64,000 nt of DNA from NCBI GenBank assembly GCA_001795385.1, contig MGOU01000021.1, positions 78,149 through 142,148 of the forward strand, read 5' to 3'. A program made the translations under genes and the position numbers. This document shows, one piece after another, positions 41,280 through 51,316 of the stretch (positions are counted from its first letter, which is position 1; every line of letters starts with the position of its first letter). Below the pieces are notes generated by a model that ran no database searches, had not been told where the DNA came from, and was given only the letters and a program-made list of their open reading frames with translations. Origin of the DNA: Clostridiales bacterium GWD2_32_19 (GTDB lineage Bacteria; Bacillota; Clostridia; Lachnospirales; UBA12420).

Positions 41280-41900
41280 AAGTGGAGTAATCTTTATCTT
41301 GCTTATAGGTAATCCTGTCTTTCTGCTTGTTATTTCTGCTATTTGCGCAATTTGCTGTTCTGATAGATTTTCTACATTAACAACAACATCTACAGAATCA
41401 TCATCAATTCGAACATATACTTCAGAAAATCCCTTTGCTTCTATCATTGATTCTATTGAATTTTCCTTTTCTATTCTTTTCTGCATATCTATAAGCTCAT
41501 CTGTTGCCTCACCTTTTTTATCTATTGCTACATTATCGTTATTTATTACTTGTGTAAGCCAATCTTTTCTCTCTGCTCTTGTTTGTTCCCTATTCATTTT
41601 AGCTTGTAGAAAAAAAGTTTCTTGAACTTCCTCGTCAAATGAGTTATTTACAAATACAGCTGAACCTATTTGGTCATTGTCACTAGCTACCTCTTTTGGT
41701 TCGCTCGTACTCTTAGTATCTGGTTTTTCTTTATTTTCTTTATTTTCATTTTCTGTTGGATTCTGTATATCTGTTGCATCCTGTAAAACTAATTTACTTC
41801 CTACATCACCACTATTATCTACATAATTAAAATATCCTGCTATGGCTATCATTGCAACCAGTGCAACTATTATAATTTGATTCTTTTTTATTACAAACAT
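41262..41900 (-). CDS. spoIIIAH: Stage III sporulation protein AH
   Basis: KKNQIIIVALVAMIAIAGYFNY, FFLQAKMNREQTR and IESMIEAKGFSEVYV. Confidence 0.92.
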   Translation of the reverse strand: MFVIKKNQIIIVALVAMIAIAGYFNYVDNSGDVGSKLVLQDATDIQNPTENENKENKEKPDTKSTSEPKEVASDNDQIGSAVFVNNSFDEEVQETFFLQAKMNREQTRAERKDWLTQVINNDNVAIDKKGEATDELIDMQKRIEKENSIESMIEAKGFSEVYVRIDDDSVDVVVNVENLSEQQIAQIAEITSRKTGLPISKIKITPLKKEAK

Positions 41901-41927
41901 TTATATTCCTCCTCGCATTATTAATGC

Positions 41928-42374
41928 TTATTTTAAATTTCCATTTCCTAGCACATATACTTTATGTATCGGTAAATCTAATAAAATCTGAGTTGCCTTT
42001 TGTATTTCCTCCTTTACCTTTAAATTACCTGCTCCTTCTGATATTACAAGTACTCCCTTTACTTGATTTGCCTTGTCATTAAAATTATCTTTGTTTTCTT
42101 CTATATTTATTATGACTTCCGTTTTTCCTGCGCCTGGTACATTTTCTAAAGCTTTACTTAATCTTTTTTCTATAGTGGTTTTGTATTTAGAGTCTTCTTC
42201 TTTTAAACTCATTGTCTTTTCTGTTGTTTCCTGAATATTTGTATCTTTTTTATCAAATACAAAGTTACTAATATTCATTAATATTAATCCAATTATAAAA
42301 GCAAAAATGAGTCTTCTTAATGTCTTATCTCCCCCTTTTATAAACTTTTCATATATCTCTTTGTAGTTTTTCAT
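41928..42374 (-). CDS. spoIIIAG: Stage III sporulation protein AG, short form
   Basis: EKRLSKALENVPGAGKTEVII...VKGVLVISEGAG...ATQILLDLPIHKVYV; located between AF and AH. Confidence 0.85.
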   Translation of the reverse strand: MKNYKEIYEKFIKGGDKTLRRLIFAFIIGLILMNISNFVFDKKDTNIQETTEKTMSLKEEDSKYKTTIEKRLSKALENVPGAGKTEVIINIEENKDNFNDKANQVKGVLVISEGAGNLKVKEEIQKATQILLDLPIHKVYVLGNGNLK

Positions 42375-42388
42375 TAGTTCTCCTCTCA

Positions 42389-42946
42389 TTAAACTTGTAC
42401 AGTTACATATATATTATTTTCTTCTATACAATAGAAGTTTTTTAATAAAATTTTAATCTTTTCTTCTAATATTTCTTTACTAACTCTACCGATATTATTA
42501 TTCAAGACATAGTTTTTATTTTGCGATACAGTTAGTTTAATAGTATTAAGTTCACCTGTATCCTCACCACCCTCACTCATACCTAACTCTAATTTTAATA
42601 CTTTCAAATCCATATTTTGAGATAAAATGGTTTCAATCTGATTTTTTATATTGCTTTTAAATATCTCAATTATTGACTTTTGCTTCTGATTTTCTAGTTG
42701 ATTTTTATTTATTCTAAGTTGTTCTTTGTCTAATTGATTTTTTTGTTTAATGATATTACTTTCGAGAAAACCTTCAGAATTATTTAATAACTTATTTATA
42801 GGTGCTAGTACAATTATAATAAGTACAAACCCAAGTATTAGGTTTATGTATTTCTTATAAGCTTTGTTTGGGATTATTATATTGATAAACATTGTTAATA
42901 CCATATACATGGCTAGGTTATTCAACCATTCCTTTATATATTCCAT
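42389..42946 (-). CDS. spoIIIAF: Stage III sporulation protein AF
   Basis: IKEWLNNL...IIPNKAYKKYINLILGFVLIIIVLAPI. Confidence 0.88.
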   Translation of the reverse strand: MEYIKEWLNNLAMYMVLTMFINIIIPNKAYKKYINLILGFVLIIIVLAPINKLLNNSEGFLESNIIKQKNQLDKEQLRINKNQLENQKQKSIIEIFKSNIKNQIETILSQNMDLKVLKLELGMSEGGEDTGELNTIKLTVSQNKNYVLNNNIGRVSKEILEEKIKILLKNFYCIEENNIYVTVQV

Positions 42947-42988
42947 ATTTTCTCCTTTGTGTTGTTATGTAATTTACTAACCTTGTAC

Positions 42989-43017
42989 ATGTATATTCAC
43001 TTTATTTTTTTATATGC
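42989..43017 (-). promoter_or_regulatory. Possible SigE-type sporulation promoter of spoIIIAF
   Basis: Minus strand GCATAT-N15-ATATACAT; only a loose match to consensus. Confidence 0.35.
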
Positions 43018-43049
43018 AAAAAACAGTATCAAAATTTTGATACTGTTTT
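43018..43049 (-). terminator. Terminator (30-bp perfect palindrome)
   Basis: AAAACAGTATCAAAA|TTTTGATACTGTTTT with a U-tract on the minus strand. Confidence 0.75.
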
Positions 43050-43065
43050 GTCCTACAACTATTGA

Positions 43066-43180
43066 ATAATATTTCCGTAGCACGCCAGCTTGCCTGCGCC
43101 TGGTTTACTAGTTATATTAGGAAAGCCATATTACTTATGGTTTACCCCGATTTTAGAAAGTCGTCTACAATTAATATTCC
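43066..43180 (-). ncRNA. Candidate structured RNA, family unassigned
   Basis: Locally GC-richer intergenic segment that folds by eye into a closed multi-stem junction and is followed by a terminator. Confidence 0.35.
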
Positions 43181-43206
43181 TATAGTATAAATAAACATTC
43201 CTAAAA

Positions 43207-44196
43207 TTAGTTTTTATCTTCTTGTCCAAAAATCTTATCCATCACTTTTGAAACATCAGCTTTTATTTTATATTCTTCAACTATCCTATTATATCTTTCC
43301 AAATCATTATTACTTAAATTTTTTATATATTCATTTATTTTCTCCTGAGATACTTGTTCAAACATAATATTTAATTCCTTTTCAAATTCACCATTGTTCT
43401 TTTCAGCAAGATTAGAAAGTCTTTTATATTCATCTATAGTTTTTTCATTTATTTGTTTTTTAGATTTATTTGAGACCTCTTTATCATTAGATACCATTTT
43501 ATTTATTATAAAAATCATAGTACCAACAGATATTAATCCTACAAAAGAACTTACAATATCTTTGTTCTCTTCCATATTTGTTTTGTCAATTATTATATGC
43601 ATAACAATGAAAATAGCTATAAAGACAACACCTACCATAATGCTCGTCCCAATTTCTTTTAAAATATAATTGTAAAATTTATTACCTTTTTTATCAACCA
43701 TATCCACTGTAATTTCATCAAGTGCTATTGCTCTATTACAACTTTCAATATATTTCACAAGTTCAACAATATCTTTATATATATAATTTATCAAAAAAAT
43801 ATTATGCTTTGTTTCCTCTTCTGAAGATATTTCATTTATTGTTAATTTCTCATCATCTATAGCTATAACATTAAAATATGCAATTATCAATAATCCCTTT
43901 TTATTAAATTTAGGTTGTTCCAATGAATGTACAATTTTACCTATTTGAGATATTTGTATACACTCATTACCTACATATATTTCATCTCTATATACCTTTA
44001 TAATTTGTCTTTTATAAATTAAAATTAAAATCCAAACAGCTATTGGAAACACAAAAACATTAACAAAATTGAGTGCTCCATAAATAATTGATGTTACCCA
44101 AGATGCCACGCATACAAAGAAAAGTACAACTGTTTTCTTCGGAAAAATAATATGTTTACCTTTTGTAAAAATATTGTTTTTAATCTTTTCACCCAT
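43207..44196 (-). CDS. Hypothetical membrane protein
   Basis: Two pairs of hydrophobic helices, GAGGAGG RBS, no recognised motif. Confidence 0.55.
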   Translation of the reverse strand: MGEKIKNNIFTKGKHIIFPKKTVVLFFVCVASWVTSIIYGALNFVNVFVFPIAVWILILIYKRQIIKVYRDEIYVGNECIQISQIGKIVHSLEQPKFNKKGLLIIAYFNVIAIDDEKLTINEISSEEETKHNIFLINYIYKDIVELVKYIESCNRAIALDEITVDMVDKKGNKFYNYILKEIGTSIMVGVVFIAIFIVMHIIIDKTNMEENKDIVSSFVGLISVGTMIFIINKMVSNDKEVSNKSKKQINEKTIDEYKRLSNLAEKNNGEFEKELNIMFEQVSQEKINEYIKNLSNNDLERYNRIVEEYKIKADVSKVMDKIFGQEDKN

Positions 44197-44373
44197 ATAT
44201 CTCATCCCCTCCTCGTATATAATATTTATTTATTTTATGGGATTATTATAACATATATTAAAATTAATTCAACTTATTTCTACAAAGTTTACATTTTTTT
44301 GCCATACTTTAGATTTTTATGTACTCATAGTACACAGACCCCGTCCTCACTACAATGCTTGTATACTCATACA

Positions 44374-44405
44374 AAAAGCATTTGCAGATTTCGGCAAATG
44401 CTTTT
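44374..44405 (-). terminator. Terminator after the beta-CASP gene
   Basis: AAAAGCATTTGC-loop-GCAAATGCTTTT. Confidence 0.75.
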
Positions 44406-44466
44406 ATTTTATTACGCTGTCTGTTTTTTCGAAGCAATAGTCTAACTTATATGTTCTTCATTTAAT

Positions 44467-46104
44467 CTATTTAATCAAATTTGTTTTTATACTAAGTAAA
44501 TCTCTATCCAAATCTGAAAGTTTATTTTGTAATTCTTCTATTTCATCATCAGATTTATTATTTAAACAAGATTGATTTATGTGCATACCAATAAAATCTG
44601 CTTGCTCTTGTAAAATCTCTATTTGTGAAAGAAGTTGAAGACGTATAAACTTATCTTTTGTCTCTTTAAATGGTGTTTGTGCAGCAACATCATCCATAGT
44701 TAAGTCAAAATGATCTGCATATTCAGGAATAATCGTATCAAGACCATATCTTTCGTTTAATAACTTACTAAATACTTCTTGTGCATCAAGTTCACCATGT
44801 ACAATGAATACTTTTCTTGGTTTGTTTTTTATATGCTTAACCCAGTCCATCAATCCGTTTTGATCTGCATGACCTGAATAACCTTCTATGATTTCAATTT
44901 TTGCTTTTACTCCTATTTCTTCACCAAAAAGTTTTACTTTCTTAGCGCCATCTGTTAGTCTTCGACCTAGGGTACCAACCGCTTGATATCCAACAAATAA
45001 AATACTACTATCTTCTCTCCATAAATTATGCTTTAAGTGATGTCTTATTCTACCAGCTTCACACATTCCACTTGCAGAAATTATTATTTTAGGCACTTGG
45101 TCTTCATTTAAAGCTTTAGAATCATCAGCACTTTTACTAAGTTTTAAACCTGGGAAGTCAAGTGGATTATCCCCATTTATTACATATTCTTTAGCTTCCT
45201 CGTTAAAACAATCAAGATTGTTTCTAAAGACTTCTGTTGCAGATATCGCAAGTGGACTATCTATATATACAGGAGTATCATTTAAAAACTTAACATACTC
45301 AGGATAGTCTTCTTTAAACTTGTGAATTTCATATATTATCTCTTGTGTTCTTCCCACTGCAAATGAAGGTATTATTACATTTCCACCTCTGTCAATGGTT
45401 TCTTTCATTATTTTCATAAGCTTATGAACTCTATCTTCTGTTTGACTATGCAATCTATTACCATATGTAGATTCTATTATAAGAAAATCTGCACTTTCAA
45501 TTACATCTGGAGCTCTAAGTATTGGTAAATCATTATTTCCTAAATCACCTGAAAATACTATTTTTGTCTCATGTCCATTTTCTTTTACCCATATTTCTAA
45601 AATCGAAGAACCTAATATATGCCCAGCATCTATAAATCTAACTCTTAGATCCTCGCCTAAATTAATATCATCATAATAAGAAACATGTTTGAAGCATTTT
45701 AAAGCTTCCATAGCTTCTTCAGCTGTATATAATGGTGGAATTGGTGACTTACCTGCTCTTATCAGCTTACGATTTTTCCATTCAGCTTCATGCTCCTGAA
45801 TAAATCCACTATCAGGTAACATTATTTGACATAATTCATGTGTAGCCTTTGTACAAATAACTTGTCCTCTAAAACCATCTTTATAAATCTTAGGTATTCT
45901 ACCACTGTGGTCTATATGTGAATGAGTTAAAAGAATATAGTCTATGTCTGTTGCATTAAATGGAAAAGGTTCTTCATTAAATTCATTTTGCTTACTATGA
46001 CCTTGAAACATTCCACAATCTACTAGAAAATTTTTATTGTTAAATTGTACTAAGTAACATGAACCTGTTACTGTCTTTGTTGCTCCTAAAAATGTTATTT
46101 TCAT
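44467..46104 (-). CDS. MBL-fold metallo-hydrolase, beta-CASP RNA-processing family
   Basis: LTHSHIDHSG, AGHILGS, VFSGDLG, ESTYG and SGHAD. Confidence 0.9.
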   Translation of the reverse strand: MKITFLGATKTVTGSCYLVQFNNKNFLVDCGMFQGHSKQNEFNEEPFPFNATDIDYILLTHSHIDHSGRIPKIYKDGFRGQVICTKATHELCQIMLPDSGFIQEHEAEWKNRKLIRAGKSPIPPLYTAEEAMEALKCFKHVSYYDDINLGEDLRVRFIDAGHILGSSILEIWVKENGHETKIVFSGDLGNNDLPILRAPDVIESADFLIIESTYGNRLHSQTEDRVHKLMKIMKETIDRGGNVIIPSFAVGRTQEIIYEIHKFKEDYPEYVKFLNDTPVYIDSPLAISATEVFRNNLDCFNEEAKEYVINGDNPLDFPGLKLSKSADDSKALNEDQVPKIIISASGMCEAGRIRHHLKHNLWREDSSILFVGYQAVGTLGRRLTDGAKKVKLFGEEIGVKAKIEIIEGYSGHADQNGLMDWVKHIKNKPRKVFIVHGELDAQEVFSKLLNERYGLDTIIPEYADHFDLTMDDVAAQTPFKETKDKFIRLQLLSQIEILQEQADFIGMHINQSCLNNKSDDEIEELQNKLSDLDRDLLSIKTNLIK

Positions 46105-46146
46105 TTTTACGCCTCCCAGAGATAAATTCAAAATGCACAGTAATTT

Positions 46147-46926
46147 CTATATTTTTTTATAAAAGAAGTTTTCAATATATTCATAGCCAAATTTATTCGA
46201 ACTTATTATTTGTTCAGTATTACCAATAAATAAAATCCTGTCTTTGTCCATACATTTAGCAAATTTTTCATACATATGATTTTTAACTTCTTCTGTAAAA
46301 TATATCACAACATTTCTACATATTATTAAGTCCATTCCCATTGGATATGCTTCTGCAATTAAATCATGCTTTTTAAAAGTAACATGTTTTTTTACATCTT
46401 CATTTACAATATAAATATCTTTATCCATTTTCGTAAAAAATTCATTTATATATGTTGGTGGTATTTTTTCAATGCTTTTGAAATAATATTCTCCCTTTTT
46501 AGCTCTATTTAATATATCTTCATCAATATCAGTAGCTAGAACATTAAATTTTATATTTGGAAAGTGCTTTTTCATTAATATTGTTACTGAATATGGTTCA
46601 TCTCCAGTTGAACATGCTGCACTCCATACATTTATGGCTTGTCCTTTTTTTTGTTCTATTAAATACGGTATAATCTTTTTCTGCAAAATCTCCCATTGGG
46701 GGTAATTCCTAAAAAACTCTGAAACATTTATAGTTATATAACTTTTAAAATTCTCGAGTTCTTCTTTATTTTCTCTTAAAACCTTAAAATAATTCGCATA
46801 TGTTTTTTGACCCATTCTATCTATTAAGAAGTCTAGTCTTCTCTTCATCTGCTTTTCTTTGTAAGAATTTAAATCTATACCTGTTAATTTTAAAATATTT
46901 TCCTCGAATTCTTTATAATCATCCAT
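46147..46926 (-). CDS. cheR: Chemotaxis methyltransferase CheR
   Basis: TINVSEFFRN, WSAACSTGDEPYS and ICRNVVIYF. Confidence 0.93.
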   Translation of the reverse strand: MDDYKEFEENILKLTGIDLNSYKEKQMKRRLDFLIDRMGQKTYANYFKVLRENKEELENFKSYITINVSEFFRNYPQWEILQKKIIPYLIEQKKGQAINVWSAACSTGDEPYSVTILMKKHFPNIKFNVLATDIDEDILNRAKKGEYYFKSIEKIPPTYINEFFTKMDKDIYIVNEDVKKHVTFKKHDLIAEAYPMGMDLIICRNVVIYFTEEVKNHMYEKFAKCMDKDRILFIGNTEQIISSNKFGYEYIENFFYKKI

Positions 46927-47094
46927 ATAATTATATTCACCGCTTTCTAATTTTAAATAATATTTAACTTGTATTAATGTTACTCTATTATACATATATA
47001 ATCATTTTTATGGACTATTGTCAAGTCTAATTCTGCTATTTCTTCAATAATAACTCATTTTTAGAAAATTTATGACTTATTTTATAAGATTTTC

Positions 47095-47826
47095 TCATAT
47101 ATCTATATCATTTATATCATTATTTTCAAGATTAGAAACTAATTTTTTATTTCGTAAAAATCTCTCCTTGGCTAATTTTACTATAATACTTACCACTTTT
47201 TCTAATGTCATATTTGTACTATCAATAAGTATTGCGTCCTCTGCCTTTTTAAGTGGAGCTATTTCCCTTGTCATATCTTGTTCATCTCTTTTTTTTAGAT
47301 TTAACAGTATTTCATCATAATTAGCAGTCTTTCCTCTTCTTACAAGTTGTTTATATCTTCTTTTAGCTCTTTCTTCTACGGAAGCAACCAAAAATATTTT
47401 GAGTCCTGCATTGGGTAAAACACATGTACCTATGTCTCTACCATCCATTACTACATTATTTTCTTCTGCTATCTTTCTTTGAATATCTAAAAGCATTTCA
47501 CGAATCTTTTGATTCTTTGCTACTATTGAAACAGCTTTTGAAATTTCTTCTGTCCTTATATCCTTTGTTACATCATTTCCATTTAGAAAAATATGTTGAA
47601 TACCATTAATATGCCTTAAATCAATAGATATATTCAGTATATGTTTATTTACATTTTCTTCATTTTCATAATCAATATTATTAGAAATGAAATAAAATGT
47701 AGCTGCTCTAAACATAGCTCCAGTGTCTATATATAATAGTTTGAGATTTCCTGCCGTTATTTTTGATATGGTTGACTTTCCTGCCCCAGCTGGACCATCT
47801 ATTGCTATATCTATCACTTTTATCAC
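47095..47826 (-). CDS. cmk: Cytidylate kinase
   Basis: IAIDGPAGAGKST, DTGAMFRA and VMDGRDIGT. Confidence 0.96.
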   Translation of the reverse strand: MIKVIDIAIDGPAGAGKSTISKITAGNLKLLYIDTGAMFRAATFYFISNNIDYENEENVNKHILNISIDLRHINGIQHIFLNGNDVTKDIRTEEISKAVSIVAKNQKIREMLLDIQRKIAEENNVVMDGRDIGTCVLPNAGLKIFLVASVEERAKRRYKQLVRRGKTANYDEILLNLKKRDEQDMTREIAPLKKAEDAILIDSTNMTLEKVVSIIVKLAKERFLRNKKLVSNLENNDINDIDI

Positions 47827-47856
47827 TATCCTTTACCTTATTTTACACCCAATTCC

Positions 47857-48324
47857 CTATGATCTCTCGTACCCTTCATCTTCTAGTAGATTATCTGCTC
47901 TACATGCTGCAACCGCTAGTTTATCGCATTTTTCATTATATTCATGTCCTGAATGTCCTTTTACCCAGACTACAGTTATTTTATGTTTATCCAGTAATTT
48001 TAACAGTCTATCCCAAAGATCTATATTAAGTGCCTTTTCTTTTGATTTCCGCTTCCAGTTATTTTCTTTCCATTTTTTCGCCCAACCCTGTGATATGGAG
48101 TCAGAAACATATTTAGAGTCTGTATATACCGTAACCTCACAAGTTTCAGACAATGCTTCTATACCAATTATAACTGACAAAATTTCCATTCTGTTATTTG
48201 TTGTTAGCTTATAACCTTGCGAAAAGTGTTTTTCATTGCTTTGATATTTAAGAATAGTCCCATATCCCCCAGGACCAGGGTTACCAGAGCATGCTCCATC
48301 TGTATATATTTCAATTTGTTTCAT
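47857..48324 (-). CDS. rnhA: Ribonuclease HI
   Basis: YTDGACSGNPGPGG, TTNNRME and WVKGHSG...NEKCD. Confidence 0.96.
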   Translation of the reverse strand: MKQIEIYTDGACSGNPGPGGYGTILKYQSNEKHFSQGYKLTTNNRMEILSVIIGIEALSETCEVTVYTDSKYVSDSISQGWAKKWKENNWKRKSKEKALNIDLWDRLLKLLDKHKITVVWVKGHSGHEYNEKCDKLAVAACRADNLLEDEGYERS

Positions 48325-48326
48325 AA

Positions 48327-48878
48327 TTAGCTCCTATTCCTTAATATTTTAGTTTTATCTACCATTCTTATGATACCAGAATCATTTGAATATTGTTCGA
48401 TTTCAGAAACATATATCCACTTTAGATCTTTTGATTCGTCACTTATTACTAAATTTTTATTATCATCTACTTGAAATAAAAATACAATATCATAATGAAT
48501 ATGCTCTTTTTCAGTTATACGATCTGGTATTTTACAAATATTTAAATCAAATATTTTGTTTGATATATTATTTACATTTTCAATTCCTGATTCTTCTCTT
48601 ACTTCTCTTAAAGTGGCTTCTAATACATTTTCGTTTTCTTCTGTATGTCCACCAAGATGCAACCACATATCTGCTTTTCTATGATGATTCATCAAAGCTT
48701 TACTCATATCAGAATTAACAACCCATGCACTAGCAGTTATATGTCCGTTTTCATTAACTCTTCCAAGAAAAACATCATTCTCATTAATAAAGTTTATCAT
48801 TTGAGTTTTATATTCTTTTTCTTTTTCATTACTTGATTCGTATTCATGGAGTAGCGTTAGAAGTTCTTCTTTTTTCAT
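48327..48878 (-). CDS. NUDIX hydrolase
   Basis: GHITASA and Nudix box GGHTE...TLREVREESG. Confidence 0.9.
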   Translation of the reverse strand: MKKEELLTLLHEYESSNEKEKEYKTQMINFINENDVFLGRVNENGHITASAWVVNSDMSKALMNHHRKADMWLHLGGHTEENENVLEATLREVREESGIENVNNISNKIFDLNICKIPDRITEKEHIHYDIVFLFQVDDNKNLVISDESKDLKWIYVSEIEQYSNDSGIIRMVDKTKILRNRS

Positions 48879-48957
48879 GTTATATTACCTCCAAGTTTTA
48901 AACTGATGTTATATTTTAGAATTTAATTATTAAATTCAGCAAAACTTGTTATAATGT

Positions 48958-49040
48958 CCTCGCCCCTTTTGGGGATAACTGTACACTGTGATTGTGTATT
49001 TTACAAATACTAGTGAAAGTTATCCCTAGTAGGGGCGAGG
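48958..49040. repeat. REP-like GC-rich inverted repeat
   Basis: CCTCGCCCCT..GGGGATAACT ... AGTTATCCCT..AGGGGCGAGG in AT-rich intergenic DNA. Confidence 0.6.
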
Positions 49041-49114
49041 AACCCACTCATAAGTTTCTACCATTAAGTGAAATTTTTTAATATTCTTTCAGGTTGATTA
49101 CTTTAGCTATCACT

Positions 49115-51316
49115 CTAACCTTTCAACTTTTTAAAATAAACAGCTCCGAGTGGTGGTACTTTTACTTCTATACTATAGTCTCTGTAATTCCAATGCTTTT
49201 TATCTGCTTTAATCGAATTTTCGTTTTTGACTCCACTACCGCCATATTTTACATCATCTGTATTAAATATCTCAACATAAGTACCTTCAGGAACCCCCAT
49301 TCTATAATTAAAGTGTGGAGTAGGAGTGAAGTTACATACTACTACTATATCTTCATCTCTATTTTCACCTTTTCTTATGAAACTCACCATACTTATTTGA
49401 TAATCTGCACAGTCTATCCATTCAAAACCTTCTCCTGTAAAATCTTTTTGCCACAATGCTTTTTCATTTTTATATAAAAAGTTCAAATCTCTCGTATAAT
49501 CTTGCATTTGTTTATGCTTATCATATTCTAATAAATTCCAATAGAGGCTCTTCGCTTCACTCCATTCATCAAATTGCCCAAACTCATTTCCCATGAACAA
49601 TAATTTTTTACCAGGATGAGCATACATAAATCCATAAGCGACCCTAAGATTAGCAAATTTTTGCCAATAATCGCCTGGCATCTTTCCTATCATAGAGCTT
49701 TTTCCATGCACAACTTCGTCATGAGAAAGTACTAATAGAAACCTTTCAGTAAACGCATAGATTAGACTAAATGTCAAATCACCATGGTGATATTTTCTAT
49801 ATATAGGGTCTTTACTTATATATGATAAGAAATCATTCATCCATCCCATATTCCATTTGTATTTGAATCCTAATCCGTTATCTTCAGTAGGATGAGATAC
49901 TCCTGTCCATGCAGTAGATTCCTCAGCAATCATCATAACACCAGGAAATTCACCTGCTATAACTGAGTTCATGTGTTTCATAAACTCTATAGCCTCATTA
50001 TTTTCTTTTCCACCATATCCATTTGGTACCCATTCACCATAATTCTTACCATAGTCTAAATATAGCATAGATGCTACAGCATCCACTCGTAAACCATCTA
50101 TATGATACTTTTTAATCCAAAATATAGCATTACCTATTAGGAAATTTTCAACTTCATTTCTTCCATAATTAAATATTTGTGTACCCCAGTCTGGATGTTC
50201 GCCACGTCTCGCATCTTCATGTTCGTATAATGCTGTACCGTCAAATCTTCTAAGTCCATGCGCATCCTTTGGAAAGTGAGCAGGAACCCAGTCAAGTAGA
50301 ACACCTATACCATTTTCATGCATATGGTCAACAAAATATGCGAAATCATCTGGTGTACCAAATCTACTAGTTGGAGCATAATACCCCGTTACTTGATATC
50401 CCCACGATCCATCAAAAGGATACTCTTCAATAGGCATAAGTTGGATATGTGTATACCCCATGTCTTTTACATAATTGCATAATTTATGTGCTGAATCCCT
50501 ATAACTCATATATTCATTATTATCTACTCTCATCCAAGATCCAAGATGTACCTCATATATGTTCATAGGTCTATTATAAACGTCCTCTACTGCCCTTTTA
50601 GACATCCACTCGCTATCTTTCCACTCAAACTTTGAAATATCACAAACAACAGATGCTGTTCTTGGTCTTAGTTCTGCTGCATTAGCATATGGGTCAGCCT
50701 TTTGAAATACATCATTGTTTTTTGCTTTAATCTCATATTTATATGTTTCAGACACACAAAGACCAGGAACAAACAACTCCCATACTCCCGAATTACTTAA
50801 GAGCCTCATTTGATTTCGTCTTCCATCCCAAGCATTGAAATTACCTACAACGCTTACTCTATTAGCATTTGGTGCCCATACTGCAAAAAGAGTACCATAC
50901 ACCCCATCTATCTCCATAGGATGTGCGCCTAATTTTTCATATATTTCATAATGGTTTCCCGCATTAAATAAATGTAAATCAAAATGAGTTATCACCTTAT
51001 CAAATGAATATGGATCATGAAATTCCCAAATATTATTTTCACAGTCTTCAGCCTTTAGTTTATATTTAAACTTTCTATGCTTGTCTGGAAAACAGAGCTC
51101 AAAAAATCCTGAATCGTGTATTTTCTTCATTTCATATATGTTCTCATCTTTATTTTCTGTAATAACATATACAACTTTTGCTTGTGGTATAAATACCCTC
51201 ACAATAACAATTTCTTTATCATTTTCTTCAACTTTATGCATTCCTAAAATGTTATGAGGATCTTTATGTCTAGATTCAATTATTTCATATAATTCGGTTT
51301 TATTAGTATATTTCAT
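49115..51316 (-). CDS. glgB: 1,4-alpha-glucan branching enzyme
   Basis: YEVHLGSW, DGSWGYQ, DWVPAHF, RVDAVASM, AEEST and LSHDEVVHGK. Confidence 0.97.
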   Translation of the reverse strand: MKYTNKTELYEIIESRHKDPHNILGMHKVEENDKEIVIVRVFIPQAKVVYVITENKDENIYEMKKIHDSGFFELCFPDKHRKFKYKLKAEDCENNIWEFHDPYSFDKVITHFDLHLFNAGNHYEIYEKLGAHPMEIDGVYGTLFAVWAPNANRVSVVGNFNAWDGRRNQMRLLSNSGVWELFVPGLCVSETYKYEIKAKNNDVFQKADPYANAAELRPRTASVVCDISKFEWKDSEWMSKRAVEDVYNRPMNIYEVHLGSWMRVDNNEYMSYRDSAHKLCNYVKDMGYTHIQLMPIEEYPFDGSWGYQVTGYYAPTSRFGTPDDFAYFVDHMHENGIGVLLDWVPAHFPKDAHGLRRFDGTALYEHEDARRGEHPDWGTQIFNYGRNEVENFLIGNAIFWIKKYHIDGLRVDAVASMLYLDYGKNYGEWVPNGYGGKENNEAIEFMKHMNSVIAGEFPGVMMIAEESTAWTGVSHPTEDNGLGFKYKWNMGWMNDFLSYISKDPIYRKYHHGDLTFSLIYAFTERFLLVLSHDEVVHGKSSMIGKMPGDYWQKFANLRVAYGFMYAHPGKKLLFMGNEFGQFDEWSEAKSLYWNLLEYDKHKQMQDYTRDLNFLYKNEKALWQKDFTGEGFEWIDCADYQISMVSFIRKGENRDEDIVVVCNFTPTPHFNYRMGVPEGTYVEIFNTDDVKYGGSGVKNENSIKADKKHWNYRDYSIEVKVPPLGAVYFKKLKG

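Noticed and set aside
43110-43160. c-di-GMP-I riboswitch call for the candidate RNA
   Set aside because: GGUAAACC-stem resembles P2, but the downstream GACGCAAAGC and P3 elements are absent.
46147-46926. cheR separated from other chemotaxis genes
   Set aside because: cheR next to cmk is a familiar arrangement in Firmicutes.
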